A stretch of DNA of 64,000 nt, from the NCBI GenBank assembly GCA_965204535.1, contig CBDBEV010000001.1:1600001-1664000 (forward strand). The letters are read 5' to 3'. Below are positions 28,696 to 37,688 of this stretch, one piece after another (position 1 is the first letter of the stretch; each line of letters starts with the position of its first letter). The stretch comes from a bacterium (GTDB taxonomy: Bacteria > UBA8248). The notes under the pieces are model-generated. The model was not told the DNA's origin. It was given only the letters and a program-made list of their open reading frames with translations, and ran no database searches. A program made the position numbers and the translations under genes.

Positions 28696-28990
28696 GGGCG
28701 CTTCGCGAAGCGCCCCTACGACACCCTTCCGGGGAGATCACAACACACGTCATTCCGGCATCAGTCCCGATTGATAAAGGAGGGGTTGACCGGAATCCAT
28801 TTTGACTTTTCACGGGGCGGGGCGGCCACGACCTTGTTGTTGCGCGGTGCCCGGATGCGGAATCCAGAGGATTCGCCTTTCGTTGTTGTGTTCGATTCAG
28901 TTCCTCACCGCCCGGGAGTAAAAACGTCGGAACGAGGAGGCGAAAAGGCAAAGGCGAAAATGGATTCCGGCTCAAGGCCGAAATGACGGC
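28696..28990. repeat. REP palindrome plus GTCATTCCGGC...GGAATCCA / TGGATTCCGGC...AATGAC type MITE
   Basis: GGGCGCTTCGCGAAGCGCCCCTAC (28696-28719); arms at about 28750-28800 and 28960-28988; related arm at about 8780-8805. Confidence 0.6.
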
Positions 28991-29020
28991 CAAAACCCGA
29001 AACCGGACGGCGGCGCGGCC

Positions 29021-30109
29021 TCAGATGGCCAGTTGGGTCTCTGCGTCGAAGAAGAAGAGGTTGTCCTCGCGCATGCCCACCCGGGCCTCATCGCCCATGT
29101 CGACCCGAAGAGTGGAGGGCGTGCGCGCCATGATGGAGAGGTCCTCGAAGGCGAGTTCGAGCACCTGATCCGCCCCGTAAGGCTCCAGCAGCAGCACCTT
29201 GCTCAGGTGGCCGTTCTCCTCACCCCCGGCGGCCTCGACGACGACGTCCTCGGGGCGAATCCCCAGGATCACCTTATCCCTCTGCTTCTCCTCCAGGCGC
29301 TTGCGCTGCTCGGGAGACGGCTCCACGGCGAAATTCCCGTAGCGGAAGCACAGCCTCCCGTTTTCCTGTTCCAGCGAACCGGGGATGAGGTTCATGGGCG
29401 GCGTGCCCACGAATTGCGCCACGAAGGTGTTCGCCGGCTCATGATAAACGGCGTAGGGGGAGGCGTACTGCTGGAGCACGCCGTCTTTCATAAGCGCTAT
29501 CTCGTCGGCCATGTTAAGCGCTTCCACCTGATCGTGGGTCACGTAGATCATGGTGGTCTCGAGACGCCGGTGGAGCTTTTTGAGTTCTGCGCGCATCTCG
29601 ACCCTGAGCGCGGCGTCGAGATTCGAGAGCGGCTCGTCCATCAGGAACGCCCAGGGTTCTCGGACGATCGCCCGGCCCAGCGCCACGCGCTGGCGCTGTC
29701 CGCCCGAGAGTTCGCGGGGCCTTCGGGCCAGAAGCTCCTCGATGTTCAGCGCCTCGGCCGCCCAGCGGACCTTCTCGTCGATTTCCGCCCTGGTCATCTT
29801 CATCATCCGAAGCGGGAAGGCCAGGTTGTCCCGCACCCGGAGGTGAGGGTAGAGGGCGTAGCTCTGGAACACCATGGCCATGTTGCGCTTGTGGGCCGGA
29901 ATGTGGCGCACGTCCACCCCGTCGATGAGAATCGCGCCCTCGGTGGGTTCCAGCAGGCCTGCGACCACGTTCAGGATGGTGGTCTTCCCGCAGCCGGACG
30001 GGCCCAGGAGGACGACGAATCTGCCGTCGGCGATTTCCAGGTCCACGTTGTCGACCGCGACCACATCGCCGTAGTTCTTGGTCAAGTTCTCCAGCACGAC
30101 CTTCGCCAT
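29021..30109 (-). CDS. CUT1 (MalK-like) ABC transporter ATP-binding protein
   Basis: GPSGCGKT, VFQSYALYPH, LSGGQRQR, DEPLSNLD, YVTHDQ. Confidence 0.93.
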   Translation of the reverse strand: MAKVVLENLTKNYGDVVAVDNVDLEIADGRFVVLLGPSGCGKTTILNVVAGLLEPTEGAILIDGVDVRHIPAHKRNMAMVFQSYALYPHLRVRDNLAFPLRMMKMTRAEIDEKVRWAAEALNIEELLARRPRELSGGQRQRVALGRAIVREPWAFLMDEPLSNLDAALRVEMRAELKKLHRRLETTMIYVTHDQVEALNMADEIALMKDGVLQQYASPYAVYHEPANTFVAQFVGTPPMNLIPGSLEQENGRLCFRYGNFAVEPSPEQRKRLEEKQRDKVILGIRPEDVVVEAAGGEENGHLSKVLLLEPYGADQVLELAFEDLSIMARTPSTLRVDMGDEARVGMREDNLFFFDAETQLAI

Positions 30110-30135
30110 TCTCACTCGCTCCTATGGAAAACCGG

Positions 30136-31074
30136 CTAGCCCTTCACTGCGCCCGCCGTCAGCCCGCGCACAAAGTAGCGCTGGAACATGAGGGCCAGGG
30201 CGACGGGAATGATGACGCAGGCGACGCCCGCGGCGTTCATCCGCGCGTAGCTCACCGAAAACTCGGAGACGAAATCGAGCAGCGTCACCGTGATGGGCCG
30301 GGTATTCATCGTCTGGGTCAGCACGAGCGGGAAGAGGAACTCGTTCCAGCTCGTGAGAAACACGAACACCGCCGCCGTGACGATCGCGGGCGCCGAGAGC
30401 GGCAGGATCACCCGCCAGAGCGTCTGGAAGCGGTTGCAGCCGTCCACGCGGGCGGCGCTCTCGATCTCCTGCGGGACGGTCTCGAAATATGCGACCAGCA
30501 CGAATATCGCCAGCGGCAGGGATATCGGAATGTAGGCCACGATGAGCCCCAGATAGGTATCCAGCAGCCCGAGCCCGCGGATCATCAGGTAGAAGGGGAC
30601 GATCAGCGACACCTCGGGCACGATGCGCGACGCCAGCACGACGTAGAAAAGGGACTGCTTTCCCTTGAAGTAAAGACGCGCGAAACCATACGCCGCCAGG
30701 CATCCCAGTATGACGTTGATGATGGTGACGCCCAGCGCCACGACGAAGCTGTTCCACATCGAGGGCAGCACGTCGGCCGTGGGGAACGTGGAGTATCCGG
30801 CCATGCTCTTGTCGAACGCGACGCTCGTGTCGGCGGGTTTCCTGAGGATGATCTCCTCGTAGTTGCCGATGTTGAACTTGGGCGGAACCCAGTTGGGCGG
30901 CACCGACACCACGTCCTTCTCGAACTGAAGGCTTGAATTCAGCATCCAGTAGAAGGGCGAGATGGCGTAGAAGAGCATGGCGGCGACGATCAGGTAGAGT
31001 ACGACCCGCCCCAGGATGGCGGCCTGGCGGTATCTCTGAATTTCCTTGACGTCGGGAACGCTCGGGGCGGCCAT
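30136..31074 (-). CDS. CUT1 ABC transporter permease (MalG-like)
   Basis: IESAARVDG, WNEFLFP, FVRGLTAGAVKG. Confidence 0.92.
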   Translation of the reverse strand: MAAPSVPDVKEIQRYRQAAILGRVVLYLIVAAMLFYAISPFYWMLNSSLQFEKDVVSVPPNWVPPKFNIGNYEEIILRKPADTSVAFDKSMAGYSTFPTADVLPSMWNSFVVALGVTIINVILGCLAAYGFARLYFKGKQSLFYVVLASRIVPEVSLIVPFYLMIRGLGLLDTYLGLIVAYIPISLPLAIFVLVAYFETVPQEIESAARVDGCNRFQTLWRVILPLSAPAIVTAAVFVFLTSWNEFLFPLVLTQTMNTRPITVTLLDFVSEFSVSYARMNAAGVACVIIPVALALMFQRYFVRGLTAGAVKG

Positions 31075-31076
31075 GA

Positions 31077-32030
31077 TCAGCTCTCCTGCGGTCTGTAGAG
31101 GATCTTGATGTAGCCGATCGCCAGGATGAAGGTGGCGATGGCGATCACGTAGGAAATCGATGCGCCGGAGCCGAACTGCAGGTTACGGAACGTCTCGACG
31201 TAGGTGTACCAGGAGACGAGCGCGGTCGCGTCGCCGGGGCCTCCCTCGGTCAGGATGTAGACCAGGTCGAAGGTCTTGATGGAGATGATCGAGGAGTAGA
31301 CCAGAACGAGCAGGAAGGCCAGCTTGAGCGCAGGCAGGGTGATATGCCAGAAACGCCTCGGGGCGCCCGCCTGGTCGACCTTGGCCGCGCTGTAGAGATC
31401 CTCGGGGATCGCCTGGAGCGCCGTCAGGAACAAGACGGTGGCGAGGGGCACCTCTTTCCAGACGAAGGCGTTCACAAGGGTGTAGAGCGCTCGGTCGGGG
31501 TTGCTGAGCCAGGTCTGGTACTTGTCGATGATTCCCAACGCAACCAGGAGCCCGTTCAGCACCCCGTAGTCGGAATGGTAGATCCACTCCCAGATCAAGC
31601 CGTTCGCCACGTAGGGCACCGCCCAGGGCACGAGGATGAGCGGCACCGCCCACTTGCGAACCCCGGAACCCAGTTCGTTGAGCGCGAGGGAGAAGATGAG
31701 GCCGAGAATGGCCACGGCGATCACCGACACCACGACGAAGATGATCGTGTTGATGAACGCGTTGTAGAAATCCTCGCTCTCCAGGAACATGACGTAGTTC
31801 TCGAAACCCACGAAGGGGTTTCTGTGGGGCCGCTTCAGGTTATAGACGTGGACGCTGACGTAGAACGAATGGAGGATGGGATAGATGTTGAGCAGCACCA
31901 TCAGGAGCAGTGCGGGCCCCACGAAGAACGCCGCGATGCCGCCTTCTGTCTGTGTGCGCCGGGCGAGCCAGCCCTTCACGCCCGTCTGCGCGGCCGGCTC
32001 TGCCCCTTCGACGGACAGGATATTCGCCAA
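31077..32030 (-). CDS. CUT1 ABC transporter permease (MalF-like)
   Basis: FVGFENY, IPEDLYSAAKVD.A, FWHITLP, LTEGGPG. Confidence 0.92.
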   Translation of the reverse strand: MANILSVEGAEPAAQTGVKGWLARRTQTEGGIAAFFVGPALLLMVLLNIYPILHSFYVSVHVYNLKRPHRNPFVGFENYVMFLESEDFYNAFINTIIFVVVSVIAVAILGLIFSLALNELGSGVRKWAVPLILVPWAVPYVANGLIWEWIYHSDYGVLNGLLVALGIIDKYQTWLSNPDRALYTLVNAFVWKEVPLATVLFLTALQAIPEDLYSAAKVDQAGAPRRFWHITLPALKLAFLLVLVYSSIISIKTFDLVYILTEGGPGDATALVSWYTYVETFRNLQFGSGASISYVIAIATFILAIGYIKILYRPQES

Positions 32031-32045
32031 GGAAAACCTCCATCA

Positions 32046-32079
32046 CGCCTCCCCCGGCCGTTTATCGCCGGGGGAGGCG
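32046..32079 (-). terminator. Intercistronic hairpin after the binding-protein gene (mRNA stabiliser or attenuator)
   Basis: CGCCTCCCCCGGC...GCCGGGGGAGGCG. Confidence 0.55.
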
Positions 32080-32090
32080 ACCGCTAACGT

Positions 32091-33428
32091 CTAACCGTAA
32101 CGCCTCTTCAGTCTGTTCCACTGCTTGGTCAGGGTCTTGAGCGTGCCGACAATATCGGCCTGACCCAGGATCGCCTTGTGGACGCGCGGACGCATGAACT
32201 GATCCCACTCGGCGTACCATACGGCCTTCTGTCCGTCCTTGGGCTTGCTGAGCCCCATCTGGCTCTCGAACAGTTTCGCCTCGCCCCACTTGTTCGCGGC
32301 TGAGATAATGTCGGGGTCCTTGAACAGCGGTGCGTGGCCGAAGCCCAGACCGAACTCCGTGAACCACTTCTTTGCCGTGCGGTAGGTGCCCGATTTGTCC
32401 TTGCCGCCCAGGAAGTCCACCATCTTCCAGGACATCGCCTTGCGAGCGGGGTCCTTCGCGGCCGAGGCGGTCATGCTGTAGCACCGCGTCCATCCGCAGA
32501 CGTGTGGTTTGGCGTTGTTGGCGGTCGGAATCAGCGCCATCTTGATCTTGCCGGCCACCTTCGAGGACTTGGGCTCGTTCGCGGCCCGCAGCCGGTAGTT
32601 CGGCAGGATGGCGAAGCTGCCCGTGCCGCTGCTGAAGGCCTTGAGCGCGGCGACCTCGTTCATCTCCATGAAGCCGGGCTGCGTGATCTTGTGCTTCTTG
32701 GCCGCGTCGATGATCCACTGGATCGACTGCGCCACCGCTGAATCCGGTTTGTCGTAGCCCATGACGTTGTATTTCTCGTCGACGAACCTTCCGCCCCGGC
32801 TGTACATCATGGTGAAGAGCATCTCGCCCATCCAGAAGTCGGCTTTCAGGAACTGCAGGAAGGGATACTCCTGAATCCCCTTGCTCTTGATCTGGAGGCT
32901 CTGCTGGACCACCTCGTCCCAGGTCTTGGGCGGAGCGCCGATGCCCGCCTTCTCCAGATGCTCCTCGTTGTAGAGGAACGCCATGTGGCCCACGTAGTAG
33001 GGCAGGCCGTAGAGCTTGCCGTTGTAGGTGAGCGCGTCGGCGGTCGGGCCGATGAACTCTTTTCTGTACTCATCCACGCGCGGGAACTCGTCGATGGGAT
33101 ACAGCCAGCCCGCCTCCACGAACTCGGCGAGGTGTCCGTCGATCATGTAGATGACGTCCAGGGGCGTGTTGCCCGTGAACTTGACCACCAGCGCGTCGTG
33201 GTACTTGCTGCCCGGCGTGTTCCCGTAGTTGATCTTGACCTTGGCGAGCTTCTCGAATTCGGCGATGCGCTGCTTCACGAAGCTGATGCCGTAGGTCCAG
33301 CTGTAGAAGTTGAGCGTCTTCACCATCGCCGCCGAGGGCGTCGCCCGCGATACAGGCAAGGCCATGGCGGCCGTTCCAAGTGCGGCATTGCGAAGGAGTT
33401 TCCGACGACTCAATCCGAGTTCTTTCAT
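32091..33428 (-). CDS. CUT1 extracellular solute-binding protein with Tat signal
   Basis: SRRKLL twin-arginine motif, YNGKLYGLP, PPKTWDE; GGAGG RBS. Confidence 0.9.
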   Translation of the reverse strand: MKELGLSRRKLLRNAALGTAAMALPVSRATPSAAMVKTLNFYSWTYGISFVKQRIAEFEKLAKVKINYGNTPGSKYHDALVVKFTGNTPLDVIYMIDGHLAEFVEAGWLYPIDEFPRVDEYRKEFIGPTADALTYNGKLYGLPYYVGHMAFLYNEEHLEKAGIGAPPKTWDEVVQQSLQIKSKGIQEYPFLQFLKADFWMGEMLFTMMYSRGGRFVDEKYNVMGYDKPDSAVAQSIQWIIDAAKKHKITQPGFMEMNEVAALKAFSSGTGSFAILPNYRLRAANEPKSSKVAGKIKMALIPTANNAKPHVCGWTRCYSMTASAAKDPARKAMSWKMVDFLGGKDKSGTYRTAKKWFTEFGLGFGHAPLFKDPDIISAANKWGEAKLFESQMGLSKPKDGQKAVWYAEWDQFMRPRVHKAILGQADIVGTLKTLTKQWNRLKRRYG

Positions 33429-33440
33429 GGTCAACCCTCC

Positions 33441-33627
33441 ATCGTCGCCCAGGAGAACCGTGCTCCCCTATGGCAGGGCGACCGCCATCGGGGGCAGAAC
33501 CAAGCCACAACACCAATCAAGAAGCCCTCCGCCGGGCTCCTGAATCACTCAGATGTGCAGACGAAGAGAGGGAAGGGTTCTCACGGCAGGAGGCGAAACG
33601 GGGCACGAAGGCCCTGGAGGCGACGAT
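33441..33627 (-). ncRNA. Candidate structured cis-regulatory 5' leader
   Basis: Closing stem ATCGTCGCC (33441) / GGCGACGAT (33619-33627) extended by CCAGG/CCTGG and CGTGC/GCACG, with internal hairpins; abuts the RBS. Confidence 0.4.
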
Positions 33628-33706
33628 ACCACCGGTTCGCGATTCCCACTCTCCGGCGTTCGATAAATCCTCTTGCAACCTCGACCAACCTTACAAGTAT
33701 GCCGAA

Positions 33707-33735
33707 ATGCTAGCAGGGTTCCCCCAGTCTGTCAA
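33707..33735 (-). promoter_or_regulatory. Sigma70 promoter of the ABC operon
   Basis: TTGACA-N17-TAGCAT with extended -10 TG. Confidence 0.65.
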
Positions 33736-33805
33736 TTTTGCGCTTTTCGGGCAAACCTAGGAAACCCCCACCCGTGCGGGCTGTCGTCTCCCGGTAAATC
33801 CGATC

Positions 33806-34198
33806 CTAATTGCGCGAGACGAGCTCGATGCTGATGTCGTCAGGCCCTCTGATGAAGGCGATCTTGGTCCCCGGGCCGATCTCCCACGGGTCGCAGATGA
33901 AATCAGCCCCTTTCGCGCGCAGGTCGGCCTCGGCCCCCTCCATGTCGTCGACGACGAGGCCGAAATGATCGAGGCCATAGCGCGGGTCGCTCGTCGTGCG
34001 CACGGGGTTCTCGCCCTCCGCCCGGCCCGATACCAGAAAGCTCATGCCGTTCAGATCGAAGCGGAAAATCGGCGAGCCGCCCAGGTCGCCCTCATCCATC
34101 ACCTTCGCGCCGAACATCTCCTCCCAGAACTTTCTGGCGGCATGGGGGTCCTCGCTTCGGAAGTGCAAGTGATCGTAACCATAGGTGGGCATGGACAT
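33806..34198 (-). CDS. VOC/glyoxalase family protein
   Basis: DHLH, GLDHFGLVVDD, AFIRGPDDISIEL. Confidence 0.87.
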   Translation of the reverse strand: MSMPTYGYDHLHFRSEDPHAARKFWEEMFGAKVMDEGDLGGSPIFRFDLNGMSFLVSGRAEGENPVRTTSDPRYGLDHFGLVVDDMEGAEADLRAKGADFICDPWEIGPGTKIAFIRGPDDISIELVSRN

Positions 34199-34284
34199 CG
34201 TTTCCCCTCCAGAAAAAGTGAGCTGAAAAAGAGGAGGCCTCCTCCCTCCCGGCTGTTCAGGTCGAACTTGAATAGATAAGAGAA

Positions 34285-34315
34285 ATTATAGTGGCGTTTG
34301 CGGTTTGGTTGTCAA
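34285..34315 (-). promoter_or_regulatory. Sigma70-like promoter with 19-bp spacer
   Basis: TTGACA-N19-TATAAT upstream of the VOC gene. Confidence 0.45.
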
Positions 34316-34330
34316 GAAGGGAGATTTGGC

Positions 34331-34694
34331 GGCTGTTGAAAAAGCATTGATACATGAGATTTTGACATGACAGTTCACGGAAGACGTGCTGAATTCGCTT
34401 TTACTCGTCATTGTTCGGTCGGCAAACAAGAATGTAGGGACAGGCCCCCGTGCCTGTCCGAGGCCCCCGTTTTACAAGGAACAACCACAGGGGGTTGTTG
34501 AATAAGTCATTGTCAAAAGAATAACCCCCCCTACCCCCCCTTGTCAGGGGGGCAAGAAAAAGCAAAACCCCCTCGGCCCGGAGGGGGCGCATCGCCTTTT
34601 TATACCCCCCTGACAAGGGGGGGTAGGGGGGGTTGCTTTTCCAGTCGAGCGGGACGTCCACTCTACCCCCGAAAAAGGGGACTTTTTCAACAGC
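34331..34694. mobile_element. Nested MITE with IS1182-type ends containing a REP (34434-34459) and repeat family C (34523-34634)
   Basis: Left ends at 34331 and 34491, right end GGGACTTTTTCAACAGC followed by palindrome CCCCTTAAGGGG. Confidence 0.7.
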
Positions 34695-34740
34695 TCCCCT
34701 TAAGGGGAAGTGAAGTCACTCCCCGGTCGGTTATGACCCC

Positions 34741-35118
34741 TCACCCTCCCGGCAGGATGACGTAGAGATCCTCCCCGTCGACCTCCACGGGAAAGCGCTG
34801 AATTTTTCTTCTCCTGTTGGCGAGGCATTCCCCCGTCCTGACCTCAAACTCCCAGCCGTGCATGGGGCACGCGAGAACGTCCGCCTCATCGCGCGCGTAG
34901 CGCTCGCGCACCCTGCCGTCATCCGCCACAGTTGCCGTGATCTCGCGGAAGAGGTTCCCCGAGCACACGGGACCCTGCTGGTGCGGACATTTGTCCTCCA
35001 GCGCGAAAAAGCCGTCACTCAAGCGGAATATCCCGAGATTGAGGCCGCCGAGTTCGAGGCGAATCCGCTCGCCGGGGCCTATTTCGGAGGCGCGCGCCGC
35101 CCAGAGCCGCCTCGCCAT
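34741..35118 (-). CDS. Rieske [2Fe-2S] ferredoxin
   Basis: CPHQ...CPMHGWEF...TGEC. Confidence 0.9.
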   Translation of the reverse strand: MARRLWAARASEIGPGERIRLELGGLNLGIFRLSDGFFALEDKCPHQQGPVCSGNLFREITATVADDGRVRERYARDEADVLACPMHGWEFEVRTGECLANRRRKIQRFPVEVDGEDLYVILPGG

Positions 35119-36231
35119 CTAGGCGCTCGCCTCCAGGTTCACCGTCTTCTCCGTGAAGCGGAAGACGCCGAGCGCGTTCTCGCCCATGATCTTGCGGCGG
35201 CCCGCATCGCTTAAGAACGGGAGGTCGGCGACCGCCGAGGGTTCGTCGTAATCGAAATGGGGCCAGTCGCTCGCGTAGATGAAGGTGTTCTCCGCATCGA
35301 GCAGGCCGAAGAACATCTTCAAGTGCTTTCTCGGCATATCCTCCATCGGCTGGGTGCCGAAGTAGAAATCCTTGATGTATTCGCTCGGCAGCTTCCGGAG
35401 CAGGGGGGCTTCCACGCGGCGGCGCATGTATTCGGTGTCGAGGCGGTACATGAGGCCCGCCACCCAGGTGATGCCGCTTTCCTGAAATACGATCTTGAGG
35501 TCCGGGAACCGTTCGGGCACGCCCTCCATCACCATGCTCACGAGCTGCACCTGGTTGCACCACGTCATGTCCAGCGCGTGGCTCTCCAAAAAGGAGGGAA
35601 ACTTGGCGAAGCTCGAAAGGTCGGGCCCGAGGAAGTTCGCGTGCAAGACGACCGGGAGCCCGTGGTGCTGCGCGGCCTCGTAGATGGGGTTGTACGCCTC
35701 GGCCCCCAGGGGAAGCTCGACGCTTCCGAGCATCTCCACCCCGCAGACGGCGGGGTCGCCCGCCACGCGGTCTATCATCTTCGCCGCGCGCACCGGATCA
35801 CGGCCCGCGGCCACCACCAGCGTGTAGATTCCTTCTTCTGGCGCGCATACGCCGTCCAGCATGTAGTCGATGTAGCCGTTGCAGATGTCCATGGCGTGGT
35901 TCGCGTTGCGCACGAACTCGACCATGAGCATGTAGGTGGGGATCATGACGATGGTGTCGATCCCGAAGCGCTCCATCACGACGGGAATGTCGGCGGGACT
36001 CGACATGCCGAGCATCTCGTCCTGATCGCCCTTGCCCGCTTCCGCCCCCCGCACGGTGCGCCCGTGGAGCATGACGTCGTACTGCTCCCCCACCAGGGCG
36101 GGCATGTGGTACTGCCCGCTCCAGTCGGCGAAGCGCTCGACGGAGGGGCCCTTGAGATACTTGGCGAAATCGCGGATTTCCTCGAGATAGTGCGCGTCGG
36201 CGTCCACGACGTGCATGCCCCGGTAGCCCAT
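35119..36231 (-). CDS. Amidohydrolase_2-fold metalloprotein, possible dinuclear monooxygenase
   Basis: VVDADAH, VLHA, QESG, GTQPME, ASDWPHFD.D, IMGENA; abuts the Rieske gene. Confidence 0.8.
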   Translation of the reverse strand: MGYRGMHVVDADAHYLEEIRDFAKYLKGPSVERFADWSGQYHMPALVGEQYDVMLHGRTVRGAEAGKGDQDEMLGMSSPADIPVVMERFGIDTIVMIPTYMLMVEFVRNANHAMDICNGYIDYMLDGVCAPEEGIYTLVVAAGRDPVRAAKMIDRVAGDPAVCGVEMLGSVELPLGAEAYNPIYEAAQHHGLPVVLHANFLGPDLSSFAKFPSFLESHALDMTWCNQVQLVSMVMEGVPERFPDLKIVFQESGITWVAGLMYRLDTEYMRRRVEAPLLRKLPSEYIKDFYFGTQPMEDMPRKHLKMFFGLLDAENTFIYASDWPHFDYDEPSAVADLPFLSDAGRRKIMGENALGVFRFTEKTVNLEASA

Positions 36232-36339
36232 GACTTTCTCCCTGCCAGGCTGAAGTTGATTCCAAAAGGTTTCGCCGGATGATAGCATTCTCCCCGTTTC
36301 CTGAACACGCAGGCGAACGCTTTCTCGTGAGGACAATCC

Positions 36340-37551
36340 ATGAACGATGAACAAACCGCGCGCATGCCCCTCGCGGGCGTGCGGGTCGTGGACATGTCGA
36401 ACTATCTGGCGGGGCCGCTCTGCACGATGTATCTCGCCGACTACGGGGCGGATGTCGTCAAGATCGAAAATCCCAGGGGCGGCGACCCCATGCGCCTTTG
36501 GGGCCACAACAAAAACGGCGTGGGCCTCTACTACAAGATGATCAACCGCAACAAGAAGAGCGTGACGCTCGACTTGAGAACCCCCTTCGGCGTCGAGGCG
36601 GTGAAGAAACTCGTGGCCGGGGCCGACGTGGTGGTGGAGAACTACCGCACCGGCGTACTCGAAAAATGGGGGCTCGATTATGAGAACTTAAAAGCGGTGA
36701 ACCCCGCCGTCATCATGCTCTCCATCACGGGATTCGGCAGGACGGGGCCGTACAGGAACCGCCCCGGCTTCGGCTCCCTGGCCGAGGCCTTCGCGGGCTT
36801 CAGCCACATCAACGGCTACCCGGACGGCCCGCCGCTCAGCCCCTCCTGGGGGCTGGGGGATTGCTCGACGGGCATCGGGGCGGCGTTTCTGGTGATGACC
36901 GCCCTGTTCGAGCGCGAGCGGAGGGGCGGCGAGGGCCAGCAGATCGATCTCGCCATCTACGAGCAGCTGCTCACCATGCTGGGCCCCCAGGTGATCTACT
37001 ACGACCAACTCGATTTCATTCAGGGCCGGAGCGGCTCGCGCCTCGAGTTCGCGGTGCCGAGGAACAACTTCGAGACCAAAGACGGCCATTGGGTGCTCAT
37101 CGCGGGGTCGAACCAGTCCATCTTCGAGAACATCTGCAAGGGTCTGGGCCGCGAGGATTTGATTGCGGATCCGAGGTTCGCCGACAACCGCGAGCGCATG
37201 AAAAACGCGGACGCCATCGAGGACGAACTCCAGAAGACGTTAAGGACTCTGACGCTCGATGAGGTGATGGCGCGCTTGACCGAGTTCGAGGGCGCCGCCA
37301 CCCCCATCAACAACGTGAAAATGGTGGTGGAGAACGAACAGATCGTCGCGCGCGGGAACATCACCGAGGTGCAAGACGCCGAACTCGGCGGCCCGGTGCG
37401 GATGCAGGATGCCTTCGGCAAACTGTCGCGCACGCCCGGCAAGGTGCGCCACGCGGGCGAGCCTCTCGGGAACAGCAACCGCGAGGTCCTGGTGGAGCGC
37501 CTCGGCTACACGGAAGAAAAACTCAAGAGCGAGGGAATCGATTTGGGGTGA
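36340..37551 (+). CDS. Family III CoA-transferase (CaiB/BaiF)
   Basis: PLAGVRVVD...LAGP, GADVVKIE, NRNKKS, VENYR.G, SITGFG.TGP. Confidence 0.92.
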   Translation: MNDEQTARMPLAGVRVVDMSNYLAGPLCTMYLADYGADVVKIENPRGGDPMRLWGHNKNGVGLYYKMINRNKKSVTLDLRTPFGVEAVKKLVAGADVVVENYRTGVLEKWGLDYENLKAVNPAVIMLSITGFGRTGPYRNRPGFGSLAEAFAGFSHINGYPDGPPLSPSWGLGDCSTGIGAAFLVMTALFERERRGGEGQQIDLAIYEQLLTMLGPQVIYYDQLDFIQGRSGSRLEFAVPRNNFETKDGHWVLIAGSNQSIFENICKGLGREDLIADPRFADNRERMKNADAIEDELQKTLRTLTLDEVMARLTEFEGAATPINNVKMVVENEQIVARGNITEVQDAELGGPVRMQDAFGKLSRTPGKVRHAGEPLGNSNREVLVERLGYTEEKLKSEGIDLG

Positions 37552-37688
37552 TGGGAAGTCAATCGCGACCGGTAAAGGGTAGTTGAAAACACCCTCGGCG
37601 GGGACGCCTTTCACGGGCGATGGTTTTGCATTTGTAGGGTCAAACATATATGTCTGACATGCCATGCGACCCGAATTCCGAACAGGAA

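Noticed and set aside
33441-33627. 6S RNA interpretation of the 187-nt paired region
   Set aside because: The length fits, but it is multibranched, lies between a promoter and an RBS, and lacks the usual zapA/ygfA context; kept only as a candidate leader
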